A stretch of DNA of 64,000 bases from Mobula hypostoma. Taxonomy: Eukaryota. The position numbers and the translations under genes were made by a program. The DNA lies in the NCBI RefSeq assembly GCF_963921235.1, contig NC_086108.1, positions 42,286,001 to 42,350,000 on the forward strand. The letters are read 5' to 3'. Shown piece after piece: positions 62,563-64,000 of the stretch (the stretch's first letter is position 1; each line of letters opens with the position of its first letter). The notes under the pieces are model-generated. The model worked only from the letters and a program-made list of their open reading frames with translations, did not search any database and was not told the origin of the DNA.

Positions 62563-63910
62563 CAGAATCCGGTTTAATATCACTAGCATATGTCGTGAAA
62601 TTTGTTGTTTTGCAGCAGTAGTACAGTGCAAGAAATAATAATTTACAAATTACAATCAGAAGTATATATAAATTAAATTAAATAGTAGTGCTAAGAGCGA
62701 GCACAAAGAAAAGAAAATAGTGAGGTAGTGTACATGGATACATTGTCCAGTCAGAAATCTGATGGTGGACGGGAAAGGAGCTTTTCCTAAAACATTGAGT
62801 GCACTTCTTCAAGCTCCTGTACCACCTCCTTGATGGTAGCAATGAGAAGAGGGCATGTCCTGGGTGATGGGGATCCTTAATAATGGATGACATCCTTATG
62901 AGGCATTGCCTTTTGATGTCCTCAATGCCGGCAAGGCTAGTGCCCATTATGGACCTGGCTGAGCTTGCAATGTTCTGCAGCTTTTTCCTGATTCTGTGCA
63001 TTGGCCCCTCCATACCACTCTTGAGCTGCAACCAGTTAGAATGCTCTCCTCAGTACAGAGATAGCAGTTTACAAGAGTCTTTGGTGCCATACCAAATCCC
63101 TTCAAATTCCAATTGAAATATTGTCATTCCTTCTTGTAATTGTATCAATATGTTGGGCCCAGGATAGATCTTCATTTTTTGTTTATTCTTATTGATATAC
63201 AGCGTAGAGAAGACCCTTCGAGCCCTTCGAGCTACACCACCCAGCAATACCTGATTTAACCTAGCCTAATCATGAGACAATTTATAATGACCAATTCACC
63301 TACCAACTGGTGCGTCTTTGGACTGTGGAAGGAAACCGGAGCACCCAGAGGAAACCCTTGCAGTCATGGGGAGAACGTGTAAACTCTTTACAGACAATAG
63401 CAGCAAATGAATATTGGTCGCTGGTACTGTAAAGTGTTGTGCTAACCTCTAGGTTATACTCAGGAACTTGACACGGTTCACCCTTTCTTGCTGATCCCTC
63501 CGTGAGGACTGTTGTGTGTTCCATTGACTTCCCCTTCCTGAAGTCCTCAATCATTTCCTTGGTCTTACTCTTGACAAGTACAAGGTTTTGTTTTGACTTC
63601 ACTCAACTAACTGATCATCTCACTACAGTACTGCTCCTCATCACCATCTGAAATTCTGCCAACAATAATTCTGTTGTCAAATTTATAATGGTGTTTAAGC
63701 TATGCCTAGCCACACAGACATGGGTGTAGAGAGACTAGAGCAGTAGGCTAAGCACGTATCCGTGAGGTGCACTAGAGTTGATTCTATGACGAGGAGATGT
63801 TACTACTGATCCACAATGACTGTTTTCAAGGATCCAGTTGCAGAGAATAGTACAGAGACCTGGGGTTTGGAGCTTGCTGAGTAGTGCTGTGGGTATGATG
63901 GTGTTGAATC
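62563..63910 (-). mobile_element. Degenerate Rex1/Babar LINE interrupted by a V-SINE
   Basis: IIKDPHHPGHALFSLLPS, KTKEMIEDFRK, FNTIIPTALLSKL; tail cagaatccggtttaatatcac. Confidence 0.85.
63175..63445 (-). mobile_element. V-SINE
   Basis: gtctttggactgtggaaggaaaccggagcacccagaggaaaccc is the reverse complement of the V-domain. Confidence 0.82.
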
Positions 63911-64000
63911 TTCTCAGTTGAGCTGGTTTAAGTAGTTGTGGCATTAATCCCCACACTTTCAATTCTCAACCCGTCTTCTTGAACCATTGTGTAAAAGTTG

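Noticed and set aside
1..64000. Prokaryotic features such as CRISPR arrays, operons, rRNA or tRNA genes
   Set aside because: None seen; the only tRNA-like sequences are SINE heads.

Overview
Vertebrate genomic DNA, inferred from its repeat families to be a cartilaginous fish, probably a ray. It covers the middle of a + strand CAMSAP2 gene (microtubule minus-end regulator, Patronin family). Nine phase-compatible GT-AG coding exons (4928-61169; 2937 nt, 979 codons) encode the CH domain through the coiled-coil region; the start and the C-terminal CKK domain lie outside the window. The introns are filled with CR1 and Rex1/Babar LINEs, V-SINEs, Tc1, pogo-like and hAT DNA transposons, a solo LTR and Penelope-like (PLE) remnants. 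Most notable observations: (i) short TSD-flanked PLE derivatives carrying minimal type I hammerhead ribozyme motifs, two of them as long inverted hairpins; (ii) an exact 37-bp intronic copy of a CAMSAP2 splice acceptor plus exon start; (iii) a 33-nt exon with SRRM4/NOVA-type intronic signatures; (iv) a Tc1 deletion derivative containing local host filler DNA. Repeat boundaries without a stated TSD or TIR are approximate, and all family assignments come from recognised motifs, not database searches.
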